Assembly (NCBI GenBank): GCA_022571175.1
Contig: JACZYI010000001.1
Coordinates: 1 to 29,254, forward strand
Reading direction: 5' to 3'
DNA length: 29,254 bases
DNA from: Pseudomonadota bacterium
GTDB taxonomy: Bacteria; Pseudomonadota; Alphaproteobacteria; Sphingomonadales; SMXR01
Below the pieces are notes generated by a model. It did not search any database. It saw nothing but the letters and a program-made list of their open reading frames with translations, and was not told the origin of the DNA. Shown piece after piece: positions 1 to 10,433 of this stretch. Numbering within the stretch: the first letter of the stretch is position 1; every line of letters begins with the position of its first letter. The position numbers were made by a program, and so were the translations under genes.

Positions 1-378
1 CTCCTCACTCAAGAACCTTTGCAATTTTTGCGGATATTCGGCTTTTGGTATTGCAGTGCAAGTCTCCCAATGAGCTATCGTGCCCTCATCTATATTGAGC
101 ATTTTTGCCAAACGTTTTCGCGAAAATCCAAGAGTACGTCCACGATGAGCAATTTTTTCTCCCAATCTCTTTGGTGGTGGTAACGGATCGTAGTCGAGGA
201 ACTCAATAATCCGGGGTAGGTAGTGAACCTGTGGAAGTGTTTTATTTTTTTCCCAGTTGCCGAGCGTCCAATCACAGACGCTAAATCTTTTCGCCACATC
301 TTTTTGGAAAAGGCCAAGCTCATACCGCCTTTTGAGGATGTGTTCTCCAATAGTTCGTGGTGATTTCGGATAAGGCAT
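1..378 (-). CDS. Tandem XRE/Cro-C1 helix-turn-helix protein; runs off the left edge of the window; frame extends upstream to ATG 426
   Basis: Not in the ORF track because it has no stop inside the window. Hand translation from ATG 378 (GAGAG just upstream): MPYPKSPRTIGEHILKRRYELGLFQKDVAKRFSVCDWTLGNWEKNKTLPQVHYLPRIIEFLDYDPLPPPKRLGEKIAHRGRTLGFSRKRLAKMLNIDEGTIAHWETCTAIPKAEYPQKLQRFLSEE. Two XRE-type HTH repeats (GEHI.KRR.ELGL.QK.VA...NWE and GEKI..R...LG.S.K.LA.ML.IDE.TI..WE). Confidence 0.85.
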   Translation of the reverse strand, partial: MPYPKSPRTIGEHILKRRYELGLFQKDVAKRFSVCDWTLGNWEKNKTLPQVHYLPRIIEFLDYDPLPPPKRLGEKIAHRGRTLGFSRKRLAKMLNIDEGTIAHWETCTAIPKAEYPQKLQRFLSEE

Positions 379-425
379 TGATCTCTCAACAGAAAGTCGA
401 AAATGACAGGAAGGCAATGCCACCA
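1..425. mobile_element. Terminal segment (att junction) of a probable integrative element inserted in comM/yifB
   Basis: ComM similarity starts abruptly at about 414-428. Upstream DNA in the comM frame has a stop and encodes an unrelated HTH protein on the other strand. Hand count of GC: 186/420 (44%) for 1-420 versus 164/300 (55%) for 421-720. comM is an established integration target. No recombinase lies in the window. Confidence 0.7.
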
Positions 426-917
426 TGTCGCTGTGGCTATCTGGATGATCCGGCAATGGCGTGCAGCCGTGCACCAAAATGCGCCACTGAATATCAATCC
501 AAGATATCCGGCCCCTTGTTTGACCGGATTGACATTCACATTGATGTGCCGGCGGTCAAGGCGGGCGATTTGACCTTGCCACCCCCGGCTGAAGGTAGTG
601 CTGAGGTTGCGGCACGGGTACAAAAAACCAGACAGATTCAACTGGACCGCTATCGAGACCTGGAGTCTCCAGAGATCATCCGCACCAATGCCCAAATTGA
701 TGGCAAGCTGCTGGAAAAGGTTGCAGCACCGAGCACAGAAGGGAAGGCCTTAATGGAGGAGGCGGTGGAAAAAATGCACCTCACCGCCAGGGGCTATCAT
801 CGAGTACTCAGGGTTGCCCGAACGCTGGCAGATATGGAAAGGCAGGAAAAAATTGCCCGACATCACTTGGCAGAAGCCTTGAGCTATAGAAGAATAGCGC
901 CCCAAATGTTGGGATAA
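417..917 (+). pseudogene. comM: 3' fragment of YifB/ComM Mg-chelatase-family AAA+ ATPase; lacks the N-terminal and Walker A/B regions
   Basis: PCRCGYLDDP...C...YQSKISGPLFDRIDIHIDVP and LTARGYHRVLRVARTLAD...HLAEALSYR are ComM C-terminal signatures. The usual AAMNPC reads KAMPPC and nothing upstream matches. Confidence 0.9.
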
Positions 918-977
918 TACGGTAAAATCTCTGCTCGCCTCTTTTATTCCACAAACCAAACCTTAAGATGCTTGGTC

Positions 978-2351
978 ATGGACCAACACCGTCACACCAT
1001 GCGTGAAACGCTATTATTGTTTCTGCAACCGAAGCAGCTTGTGGTCTTTTTTATGGGCATGGCTCAGGGAGCCCCTAACGCGCTCATCTCTGGCACCTTG
1101 ATGTTCTGGTTATCAGAAGTCGGGCGCAGTAATTCGGAAGTCGGGCTCTTTGGTTTTGCGATCGCCGCTTATGCTCTGAAGCCTCTGTGGGCGCCCTTTC
1201 TGGATCAGTTTAATATTCCCTTTCTGGCACGTTGGCTTGGTTCCAGGCGGGCCTGGCTTGTGGTTTTGCAGTTGCTGTTAATAGCGTCCATCACCGGCCT
1301 CGGGCTGACCGACCCGGAAAATAACCTGATGGCAACGGCTATTTTTGCTGCCACTATCGGCTTTCTTTCAGCGAGCCAGGACATTCTGACCGATGCCTTT
1401 CGCATCGAAATTCTTACAGATGATGAGCAAGGCGCAGGCGCAGCCATGGTGCAGTTTGGCTGGCGGGTTGGTGCCCTCATGACCGGGGCAGGCACATTGC
1501 TAATGGCAGATCAATATGGCTATGCCTTTGCCTTCACCATTTCAGCATTTTTCATTCTGCCTGGACTTGTTGCTGTCCTGATCTGGGGCGAGCCGGAACA
1601 TATTGAAACGGTTGAGGCACGCCACATTCGCGAAGAATCCGAAGCTTTTATCAAGGCCCAAGGGCTCACGGGCAGGCGAGAGTTGATCTTTGCGAAACTG
1701 AACACCACGATCATCTCACCTTTCCGCGAGTTTATGACTCGGCCCGGCTGGTGGCTCATTTTGCTTTTCATACCGCTCTTTAAGTTGGGCGATGCGGTTG
1801 GGCTCAACCAGTTCAGCCCCTTTCTGGTTGATCTTGGATATACGGCAACAGAATCGGCGCTTGCCAACAAAGTTGCGGGCTTGCCGCCCCTGCTGCTCGG
1901 CGTTGCTGTTGGTGGTACAATTTATTATTCTCTCGGCACCTTTCGAGCATTAGTGGTGGCAGGCGTAATGATGATGGTCACCAATCTGGCATTTGTCTGG
2001 CTGGCAGGCGTAGGGCATTCCACACCCGGACTGATGGTAACCGTCGGGGTCGAGAACTTTGCCAGTGGTGTGGGTGGAACCGCGGTGGTGGCTTATCTCT
2101 CTTCACTCTGCAATCGAAGTTTTACAGCCACCCAGTATGCGCTGCTTGCCGGATTTTCATTATTACCGCGGGGAATCTTCGCCAGCTTTGCCGGGTTTAT
2201 TTCCGAACAGGTGAGTTGGGAGATGTTCTGGGTTTACTCAACCCTCCTGGCCATCCCAGGCCTATTGCTACTATTCGCCATGCGACGAATGGTCTTTGAC
2301 GAAGACGGCAATCCACTGCGCAAAAAGGCGAGTCCAGCGGCTCCTAGCTAG
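978..2351 (+). CDS. ampG: AmpG-family muropeptide MFS transporter
   Basis: G.AQG.P..L, YALKPLWAP.LD, G.RRAWL, SASQDI..DAFRIE, NRSFTATQYALL motifs; many TM segments. Start could be 972, 978 or 999. Confidence 0.9.
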   Translation: MDQHRHTMRETLLLFLQPKQLVVFFMGMAQGAPNALISGTLMFWLSEVGRSNSEVGLFGFAIAAYALKPLWAPFLDQFNIPFLARWLGSRRAWLVVLQLLLIASITGLGLTDPENNLMATAIFAATIGFLSASQDILTDAFRIEILTDDEQGAGAAMVQFGWRVGALMTGAGTLLMADQYGYAFAFTISAFFILPGLVAVLIWGEPEHIETVEARHIREESEAFIKAQGLTGRRELIFAKLNTTIISPFREFMTRPGWWLILLFIPLFKLGDAVGLNQFSPFLVDLGYTATESALANKVAGLPPLLLGVAVGGTIYYSLGTFRALVVAGVMMMVTNLAFVWLAGVGHSTPGLMVTVGVENFASGVGGTAVVAYLSSLCNRSFTATQYALLAGFSLLPRGIFASFAGFISEQVSWEMFWVYSTLLAIPGLLLLFAMRRMVFDEDGNPLRKKASPAAPS

Positions 2352-2361
2352 CAACCAACCT

Positions 2362-4656
2362 TCAAATCCCCGGCCTTCCATGCTCTTCTGTCTCGATACT
2401 ACCCATGGCAGCGAGGCCGGCCATATTGAGAATATCTGTGGCTGAAGCACTCATGCGGACTATTTGCACCGAGTTTTTAAGTCCCCATAATATGGGCCCT
2501 ATAATCTTGCCTCCGCCCAATTCGGCGAGAAGTTTAAATGAGATGTTGGCGGCGTGGAGGCTAGGCATAATAAGGATATTGGCGGGACCAGACAGGCGAC
2601 AATGTGGGTAGAGTTTTTGCATAAGTTCACTGTTCAAGGCAACGTCAGCAGCCATTTCGCCGTCATATTCAAAATCCACATTTCTCTGGTCCAAAATCTT
2701 GACGGCTTCCCGCATTCTGACCGTCCTTTCTTTCATAGGATTTCCAAAGTTTGAAAATGAAAGAAACGCCACACGTGGTGTATGCCCGAGACGCCTTGCG
2801 GCATCTGCTGCTTGAACCGCAATATCAGCCAGTTCTTCCGCACTTGGTAATTCACTGATGGTGGTGTCGGCGATAAACACGGTCCTGGTACGGGTTACCA
2901 TTAACGACATGCCAAAGGCACGAGATCCCTCTTTTGGACCAATCACAAGAAGCACATTTTTTAGGGCTTGCCAGTAGTGCCGCGTGATGCCCGTGACCAG
3001 CGCATCTGCGTATCCAAAAGCAACCATGCAGGCGCCGAACACATTGCGGTCGCGGTTCACAAGCCGCTTTATGTCTCGATAGAGAAATCCTTTTCGGTTC
3101 AATCGCGCATAGAGATATTCTGAAAATTCCTCATTCCAGCTTGCATTTCGTGCATTGTGAATTTCCAAACCTTCCATATTGTCGACGCCCATCTCCCGCA
3201 GTTTTTGATGAACCACTTTTTCCTGACCAACAAGAATAGCTGTCCCGTACCCACCATTACGATAATCTATAGCCGCTCGCAGCATCCGGTCTTGCTCGGC
3301 CTCGGCGAAGACAACGCGCTTCGGGTTTCTTCGAAGTTCCTCAAACATTTCCGCCAGAGTAGCCACCGTTGGGTTAAGGCGCGCACTCAGGCTCGTGATA
3401 TATTCAGGGAAATGTGCGATCGGGCGGCTAGCGACACCCGAATCCATAGCTGCCTGGGCTACGCGAGGAGGTATGCGCGAAATAAGACGGGGATCAAACG
3501 GCGATGGAATTATATATTCTGGCCCATATTGGGCCCGTTGGCCGCCATAGGCGTTGGCCACTTCGTCCGGGACATCTTCGCGTGCCAGTTTGGCCAAGGC
3601 TTTGGCTGCAGCGATTTTCATCTCTTCGTTAATGGTGGTGGCACGCACATCCAATGCGCCCCGAAAAATATAGGGAAAACCCAAAACATTATTGACCTGA
3701 TTTGGATAGTCCGACCGTCCCGTGGCCATTATGGCATCCTTGCGCACTTCAAATACGGCCTCGGGGGAGATTTCAGGATCAGGATTAGCCATAGCGAAAA
3801 TGATTGGGTTTTTGGCCATGGATTTGACCATATCTTTGCTCACAGCGTCTTTGGCGGACAGACCCAGAAAGGCATCGGCCCCCTTCATGGCCTGTTCCAG
3901 GGTTCTCAGCTTTGTGGATACTGCATAGGCGGATTTCCACTGATCCATGCCTTTTTTACGGCCCTCATAAATAACGCCGTCGAGGTCGCACATAATGATA
4001 TTATCAGCAGACAATCCCATTGCTTTCAGGAGATTAACACAAGCGATGCATGCCGCTCCCGCGCCATTTGCCACAAGCTTGACTGTTTTGATGTCCCGCC
4101 TGGTCAAATCGAGAGCATTTATAAACCCTGCAGCGACAATGATTGCTGTTCCATGCTGGTCGTCATGAAAGACTGGAATATTCATTTCTTCCCGGAGACG
4201 CTTCTCGATGATAAAACATTCGGGTGCTTTGATGTCTTCCAGATTGATGCCACCAAAACTTGCCCCAAGCAGACGGACACAATTTACGAACGCGTCAACA
4301 TCTTCTGTATCAACCTCGAGATCGATAGCATCTACATCGGCAAATCTTTTGAAAAGAACCGCCTTTCCTTCCATCACCGGTTTTGAAGCAAGAGCCCCAA
4401 GGTTTCCAAGGCCCAGGATCGCCGTGCCGTTGGTGATGACGGCAATCAAATTTCCCTTGGCTGTATAGTCATAAGCGCAAGCTGCATCCTTAGCGATGGC
4501 CAATACGGGTGCCGCCACGCCAGGTGAATAGGCCAGGGATAAATCTCTCTGGGTCGCCATGGGCTTGGAGGGGACGATTTCAATTTTCCCTGGTCGCCCG
4601 GAGGAATGGAAAAGCAGCGCTTCGCGATCACTGAATTTTATAGGTTTGTGAGCCAT
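2362..4656 (-). CDS. maeB: NADP-dependent malic enzyme with C-terminal phosphotransacetylase-like domain
   Basis: [72 protein letters not shown]; PTA-like domain with FEYDGEM. Start placed at MAHKP. Confidence 0.95.
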   Translation of the reverse strand: MAHKPIKFSDREALLFHSSGRPGKIEIVPSKPMATQRDLSLAYSPGVAAPVLAIAKDAACAYDYTAKGNLIAVITNGTAILGLGNLGALASKPVMEGKAVLFKRFADVDAIDLEVDTEDVDAFVNCVRLLGASFGGINLEDIKAPECFIIEKRLREEMNIPVFHDDQHGTAIIVAAGFINALDLTRRDIKTVKLVANGAGAACIACVNLLKAMGLSADNIIMCDLDGVIYEGRKKGMDQWKSAYAVSTKLRTLEQAMKGADAFLGLSAKDAVSKDMVKSMAKNPIIFAMANPDPEISPEAVFEVRKDAIMATGRSDYPNQVNNVLGFPYIFRGALDVRATTINEEMKIAAAKALAKLAREDVPDEVANAYGGQRAQYGPEYIIPSPFDPRLISRIPPRVAQAAMDSGVASRPIAHFPEYITSLSARLNPTVATLAEMFEELRRNPKRVVFAEAEQDRMLRAAIDYRNGGYGTAILVGQEKVVHQKLREMGVDNMEGLEIHNARNASWNEEFSEYLYARLNRKGFLYRDIKRLVNRDRNVFGACMVAFGYADALVTGITRHYWQALKNVLLVIGPKEGSRAFGMSLMVTRTRTVFIADTTISELPSAEELADIAVQAADAARRLGHTPRVAFLSFSNFGNPMKERTVRMREAVKILDQRNVDFEYDGEMAADVALNSELMQKLYPHCRLSGPANILIMPSLHAANISFKLLAELGGGKIIGPILWGLKNSVQIVRMSASATDILNMAGLAAMGSIETEEHGRPGI

Positions 4657-4790
4657 GTCCTGACACCCTGTTTGCTGCAATATGGATTAAAACAGCAAAT
4701 TACTGCTATCAGAGATATGGCGTCGATCTTTCAATTGCATTAAAACCCTATGAAGGGACGGGATTCGGTGGCGAATTTGCCCAAAAAGGT

Positions 4791-7544
4791 ATGACTATCA
4801 GAAGTTTTATGAACAAATCAGCGCTAAATCCTCCTGTCAAAGCCAAAAACCCGACTTTTCCAGCTTCGAGTCGCAAGGGCAACAATGACAAGCCCGTAAC
4901 ACCCATGATGGAGCAATATCTGGAGATAAAACAACAGCATGAGGATTTTTTGCTTTTCTATCGCATGGGGGACTTCTACGAGCTGTTTTTTGAGGATGCT
5001 GTCAAAGCCTCAGAGGCACTGGATATTGCTCTCACCACACGAGGCCAGCATTTGGGAGAAGACATCCCGATGGCCGGCGTACCCGCTCATGCGGCGGATA
5101 TTTATCTTGCACGCCTCATAAAAAGCGGCTTCCGGGTGGCCGTGTGCGATCAGATTGAGGACCCGGCAGAGGCCAGAAAGCGAGGACCAAAAGTGGTGGT
5201 AAAGCGCGAAGTGGTCCGTTTGGTAACACCAGGCACACTCACAGAAGATGCATTGCTGGAGGCTCGATCCAACAATTATCTGGCCGCGGTCGCGAAGGCA
5301 TCGGGTGAGTTTTCGGTGGCCTTTGCAGATATGTCCACGGGTGAATTTTGTGTCACAACCATTTCAAAAGAAGACATTAAGGATGAATTGGCATGCATCA
5401 GCCCCCGCGAAATTCTGCTGCCTGAAGATTTATACGATGGTGATGGCATCAAATTTTGCGACGATGGCGCATTCCATCTGACCGCATTGCCAAAAACTTC
5501 ATTTGATAGTCTTCGGGGCGAAGAGCGCATGAAGGCTGCTTTCAAAGTCAAATCACTAAAGATTTACGGGAGCTTTTCACGCGCTGATATCAGCGCGCTC
5601 GGAGCCATACTGGATTATCTCGCCACAACCCAGAAAGGGGATATTCCCAGACTCAAACCACCCAGGAAAAAAAATCCTTCAAACCACATGTTGATTGATG
5701 CTGCGGCCCAACACAGTCTGGAACTCACCCGCACCTTGCGAGGTGAAAGACGCGGAAGTCTTTTGGCGCTGATCGACAAGACCATCACGGCTGGGGCTGG
5801 CCGCTTACTGGCCGGACGGTTGGTTGTTCCTCTGACTGACACCATAGAAATCAAGCGCAGACTGGATGCGGTTGACAGTTTTTTTGAGGCCAACGGGTTT
5901 CGAAAAAAGGTGCGGGATGCCTTGCGTTCGGCCCCTGACCTGGAGCGAGCTTTGGCGCGGCTAGGCAGCGACCGGGGCGGACCCCGGGATCTGGCCGCGG
6001 TTCGTGACGCGATGGGAGCCGCAGAGGTTTTACAGAAGATATGTCTCTCCCGATCACAAGATTCAATTCCTTTTCCTGACGCATTAGAACGGATCGTTAA
6101 AGCGCTTGGCCACGAAAGTGATATTCAAAAACAATTGGCTTCAGCCATTATTGCCGAGCCACCGCTCCTCACCCGCGACGGTGGTTTCGTGGCTTCAAAT
6201 TACAATGCAGAACTGGATGAGTTTCGTATGCTGCGTGACGAAAGCCGCCGGTTAATAGTGGAGCTGGAGGGCAAATACCGGTCAGAGACGGGAATTCAAA
6301 GTCTCAAAATCAAACATAACAAAGTTCTGGGCTACCACATAGACATCACGACTCGACATGCCGACAAGCTGATGCAGCCACCGTATCAGGAATATTTTAT
6401 TCATCGCCAGACCCTTGCTAGCTCGGTTCGTTTTTCCTCAATTATTTTATCGGAACTGGCTGGAAAAATATCCGAAGCAGCTGATAAAGCAGTGCTTTTG
6501 GAGCACCAGATATTCCAGGAATTGACGACAACCATATTGTCTGCGTGGGAAGACATAATGGAAACTGCCGGGGGATTGGCGGAGATTGATTTTTCGAGCG
6601 CTCTGGCACATCTGGCCGCTGAGAAGCAGTGGGTCCGCCCGAGAATTGACAATAGTCTCGCCTTCAAAATAGATCTGGGCCGCCATCCGGTGGTTGAGGC
6701 GGCGACTGAATTGAATAAACCCGGTTCTTTTGTCGCAAACAACTGCGATCTGGAAGATGCTGGCCGATTATGGCTGGTGACGGGGCCAAATATGGCGGGC
6801 AAGAGTACATTTCTGCGCCAAAACGCACTCATTGCCATTCTGGCACAAATGGGATCCTTCGTTCCCGCGAACCATGCTCACATTGGTGTTATAGACAGGC
6901 TGTTCAGCCGTGTAGGCGCCTCTGATGATTTGGCGGAAGGCCGCTCCACTTTCATGGTCGAAATGGTGGAGGCCGCTGCTATCCTTAATCTGGCCACTGA
7001 CCGGTCTCTTGTTATATTGGATGAAATCGGCAGAGGGACCGCTACCTTTGACGGACTTTCTATCGCTTGGGCCACGGTCGAGCATTTGCATGAAATCAAT
7101 AAATGTCGAACCCTCTTTGCCACCCATTTCCACGAGTTGACGGTGCTTAAATCAAAACTTGAAGAGCTCGCGCTCTATACCATGCGCGTAAAAGAGTGGA
7201 AGGGGGATCTGGTTTTTTTGCACGAGGTTACCAAAGGATCCGCTGACAAATCATATGGTATTCAGGTGGCCAAACTTGCCGGCGTTCCTCAAACCGTCAT
7301 CGACCGTGCAAAACAGGTTTTAACGTCGCTCGAAAATAGCAGCCATAAAAAGAGTGTGGTGGAACTTGTTGATGATTTGCCCCTGTTTCAGGAGGCCGCT
7401 GCAAACGAAAGTATGGGCTCTGCAGGCCCCACAGAAGCTGAAAAAATACTGTCTGATGCAAATCCCGACAGCCTTTCGCCAAAGGATGCCCTCGAATTGC
7501 TGTATCGGTTGAAGGCTGCCGCAACAAGTGATGACAAGCCTTAA
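4791..7544 (+). CDS. mutS: DNA mismatch repair protein MutS
   Basis: [23 protein letters not shown], Walker [35 protein letters not shown]. Start may be 4809. Confidence 0.97.
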   Translation: MTIRSFMNKSALNPPVKAKNPTFPASSRKGNNDKPVTPMMEQYLEIKQQHEDFLLFYRMGDFYELFFEDAVKASEALDIALTTRGQHLGEDIPMAGVPAHAADIYLARLIKSGFRVAVCDQIEDPAEARKRGPKVVVKREVVRLVTPGTLTEDALLEARSNNYLAAVAKASGEFSVAFADMSTGEFCVTTISKEDIKDELACISPREILLPEDLYDGDGIKFCDDGAFHLTALPKTSFDSLRGEERMKAAFKVKSLKIYGSFSRADISALGAILDYLATTQKGDIPRLKPPRKKNPSNHMLIDAAAQHSLELTRTLRGERRGSLLALIDKTITAGAGRLLAGRLVVPLTDTIEIKRRLDAVDSFFEANGFRKKVRDALRSAPDLERALARLGSDRGGPRDLAAVRDAMGAAEVLQKICLSRSQDSIPFPDALERIVKALGHESDIQKQLASAIIAEPPLLTRDGGFVASNYNAELDEFRMLRDESRRLIVELEGKYRSETGIQSLKIKHNKVLGYHIDITTRHADKLMQPPYQEYFIHRQTLASSVRFSSIILSELAGKISEAADKAVLLEHQIFQELTTTILSAWEDIMETAGGLAEIDFSSALAHLAAEKQWVRPRIDNSLAFKIDLGRHPVVEAATELNKPGSFVANNCDLEDAGRLWLVTGPNMAGKSTFLRQNALIAILAQMGSFVPANHAHIGVIDRLFSRVGASDDLAEGRSTFMVEMVEAAAILNLATDRSLVILDEIGRGTATFDGLSIAWATVEHLHEINKCRTLFATHFHELTVLKSKLEELALYTMRVKEWKGDLVFLHEVTKGSADKSYGIQVAKLAGVPQTVIDRAKQVLTSLENSSHKKSVVELVDDLPLFQEAAANESMGSAGPTEAEKILSDANPDSLSPKDALELLYRLKAAATSDDKP

Positions 7545-7574
7545 CCCAGCATAGCGCCCCTGCAAGGATCATTT

Positions 7575-10364
7575 ATGTACGGCGATGTAGACCATAAAAG
7601 AAAAATAATTAATCGAAAGCAGTTGGCGCTGCAACTCGAGAATGAGCTTGACGGCAAGTCGGGCGAAGCGTGTAAAGTAATCCTTCTTTCGTGTCTTAAA
7701 AAAGCGCTCAAAACAGGCACACAAGTGGTGCAAAATCGATTGGAGTCAGGCTTAATCGACGGCCTGACCGCGGCACAGGCCCTAAGCTACCTCATGGATC
7801 AACTGATCCGTACTCTTTACGATGCCACAACAATGCATGTTTTCCCGCTCGGAAATCCCACTGAAGCCGAACGGCTGGCACTGGTCGCAACGGGTGGATT
7901 TGGCCGAGCAACTTTGGCACCCCATTCTGATATCGACCTGCTTTTCCTCCATCCCTATAAACCAACAGCATGGGCGGAGAGCGTGGTGGAATATATGCTC
8001 TATATTTTATGGGATATGGGGCTGAAGGTGGGTCATGCAACGCGGTCAGCGGATGATTGTATTCGCGTATCGGCAAAAGACCTGAGTGTCAAAACATCGT
8101 TGCTTGATGCGCGCTACATATGGGGAGACCAAAGCCTTTATACGAAACTGACCGCACGCTTTCATAAGAAATTGGTGGCGGGTCGCGGCACTGAATTTGT
8201 TGAAGCAAAGCTGGCGGAACGGAACCAGCGTCATTTACGCATGGGCGATTCCCGATATGTGGTTGAACCAAATATCAAGGAAGGCAAAGGAGGCCTTCGC
8301 GACCTCCACACTCTTTTCTGGATTGGCCGGTTTCTGTTCGGTGTAAAGGAAATCAGTGGCCTGTATGAGCAAGGTTTTTTGACGCGGGACGAATTGCGCC
8401 GTTTTGTAAAATCTGAAAGATTTTTGTGGACCGTGCGCTGTTATCTTCATTTTTTAACCGGAAGGGCTGAAGAGCGCATTACATTTGATGTCCAGAAGGA
8501 GCTGGCAGAGAGACTGAGATATCATGACCATCCAGGTCTTTCAGGTGTCGAACGCTTTATGAAGCATTATTTTCTGGTGGCGAAGCAGGTTGGAGATTTG
8601 ACCCGTGTTTTTTGTGCCAGCCTTGAGGCGCGCCAATACAAAAAAAGGCTGCTCCGCTTTTCCCGGTTTGCGCCCAAGCGAAAGGTTGATGATTTCAGAC
8701 TGGATGGAGACCGGTTGACGCTCTTGCATGAAGATGATTTTGAGACGGATCCGGTAAAACTGATCAGGATTTTCTGGGTTGCAGAAAAACACGGTTACGA
8801 CATTCACCCCGATGTCCTGCGTCTTATCATTCGGAGCCTGTCCCGGATTGATAACGCCTTGCGGACAAATTCGGACGCCAATCGGTTGTTTCTGGAAGTG
8901 TTGACGTCACCCAAGACACCTGAAATCGCCCTGCGTAGAATGAATGAGTCGGGAGTGCTTGGACGGTTCATTCCGGATTTCGGGCGCATTGTCGCTCAGA
9001 TGCAGCACGATATGTATCACCATTATACGGTAGACGAACATTCAATTCGGGCGATTGGTCTTTTGTCTCGCATTGAGAAGAATGAACTGGTTGATGAGCA
9101 CCCGCTCGTGAGCAAAATAATTGAGAGTGTTTCGTCCAGGCGTGCACTCTATGTTTCCGTTTTTCTGCACGATATTGCCAAAGGCCGGGGTGGTGATCAC
9201 TCCCGTATTGGAGCTGATATTGCCCGTCGATTATGCCCCCGGCTTGGCATGACGCCATCAGAGACTGATTTGACAGCATGGCTGGTTCGATATCATCTGT
9301 TGATGAGCCATTTTGCTTTCAAGCGTGATCTGTCGGATTCACAAACCATTGAGGATTTTGCCAAAATAGTCAAAAGCCACGAAAGACTTAAGCTCCTGAT
9401 TTCATTAACAGTTGTTGATATTCGTGCGGTGGGTCCAGGCATTTGGAATGGCTGGAAGGGGCAGCTCTTGAGGGAGCTCTATCAGGCAGCGGAACAACGA
9501 TTAATGGCTGGGCATATGGCGGTCGGTTGGAAAGAGCGCGTATTGGAGAGCCAGGAAAAACTTAAAAGCCGTCTCCAGGAAATGCCTCCTCACGAAGTCG
9601 AAAAGCTTTTGGCGATCATGCCGAGCGCCTACTGGATTGCCGAGAATACTGAGCTGCAGGAAGATAACGCACGGCTGATCCTGGCTGTCCAGAAATCCGG
9701 AAAATCTTACGGTGCGGCAATCAATAGTGATCCAGAGCATTCCATTACCAGGGTCTCCATATTCGCTGAAGATATGCCGGGTCTTTTTGCCAAACTATCG
9801 GGCGTTCTTGCGCTGGCGGGAGCAAATATTCTTGATGCCAAGATTTTCACCACAAGTGATGGCTTTGCGCTCGATAATTTTTCCATTCAGGAACGGGATG
9901 GATCTGCTTTTGATGATCAGAAAAAACTGGCCAGATTAAACAGATTATTAAAGGACGCATTTGAACGGAAGATTGATATTGACCTTTTGTTGGCCCGAAA
10001 ACCGATGATTCCCTCCCGCCGAGATATTTTTACGGTGGAGCCCTTGATCATTTTTGACAATAAGGCCAGCTCGCGCCACACGGTGCTCGAAATCAGTGCA
10101 CGTGATCGGATCGGTCTGCTTCACGATCTGACCAAGCTGCTTTACGAAGAGCATATCTCGATCTTCAGTGCGCATGTGGCAACTTATGGTGAGCGGGCGG
10201 TTGACGTCTTTTATATCCATGATGCTGAGGGCAAGAAGATTACCAGCAAGAGAAAGTTACAGTCCCTAGATAACAAACTTGCAAAAGTTGCCTCGACCGG
10301 TCCCGTTTATTTAACAAAAGAGACCCAAAAATCGCTCAATGAGAGCCCCACCAGCAGAAAATGA
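7575..10364 (+). CDS. glnD: [Protein-PII] uridylyltransferase / uridylyl-removing enzyme
   Basis: NT domain GGFGR..LAPHSDIDLLF, EPNIKEGKGGLRDL, HD domain (HHYTVDEH, LHDIAKG), two C-terminal ACT domains (DMPGLFAK, DRIGLLHD). Confidence 0.96.
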   Translation: MYGDVDHKRKIINRKQLALQLENELDGKSGEACKVILLSCLKKALKTGTQVVQNRLESGLIDGLTAAQALSYLMDQLIRTLYDATTMHVFPLGNPTEAERLALVATGGFGRATLAPHSDIDLLFLHPYKPTAWAESVVEYMLYILWDMGLKVGHATRSADDCIRVSAKDLSVKTSLLDARYIWGDQSLYTKLTARFHKKLVAGRGTEFVEAKLAERNQRHLRMGDSRYVVEPNIKEGKGGLRDLHTLFWIGRFLFGVKEISGLYEQGFLTRDELRRFVKSERFLWTVRCYLHFLTGRAEERITFDVQKELAERLRYHDHPGLSGVERFMKHYFLVAKQVGDLTRVFCASLEARQYKKRLLRFSRFAPKRKVDDFRLDGDRLTLLHEDDFETDPVKLIRIFWVAEKHGYDIHPDVLRLIIRSLSRIDNALRTNSDANRLFLEVLTSPKTPEIALRRMNESGVLGRFIPDFGRIVAQMQHDMYHHYTVDEHSIRAIGLLSRIEKNELVDEHPLVSKIIESVSSRRALYVSVFLHDIAKGRGGDHSRIGADIARRLCPRLGMTPSETDLTAWLVRYHLLMSHFAFKRDLSDSQTIEDFAKIVKSHERLKLLISLTVVDIRAVGPGIWNGWKGQLLRELYQAAEQRLMAGHMAVGWKERVLESQEKLKSRLQEMPPHEVEKLLAIMPSAYWIAENTELQEDNARLILAVQKSGKSYGAAINSDPEHSITRVSIFAEDMPGLFAKLSGVLALAGANILDAKIFTTSDGFALDNFSIQERDGSAFDDQKKLARLNRLLKDAFERKIDIDLLLARKPMIPSRRDIFTVEPLIIFDNKASSRHTVLEISARDRIGLLHDLTKLLYEEHISIFSAHVATYGERAVDVFYIHDAEGKKITSKRKLQSLDNKLAKVASTGPVYLTKETQKSLNESPTSRK

Positions 10365-10433
10365 AAAGGGATGGTGGGGTCAATATATTTCGTATTTGGT
10401 AGAATATTTGATGTCCGTTAGGATTGTTTGCCT

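Noticed and set aside
357-416. GTG 357 as start of a 186-aa ComM protein
   Set aside because: The first 20 codons are not ComM-like and are the antisense of the HTH gene's 5' end.
90-695. 201-aa minus-strand ORF from the track
   Set aside because: No recognisable motifs; it is a shadow of comM and of the real HTH gene, which lies in a different minus-strand frame.
3157-4386. 409-aa plus-strand ORF opposite maeB, and other long antisense ORFs opposite mutS, glnD, murJ, metK and trmB
   Set aside because: They lie fully opposite well-conserved genes and show no family motifs; typical antisense shadows.
7880-7945. GlnD GGFGR instead of the usual GGYGR
   Set aside because: Conservative change; the DxD catalytic residues (SDID) are intact.
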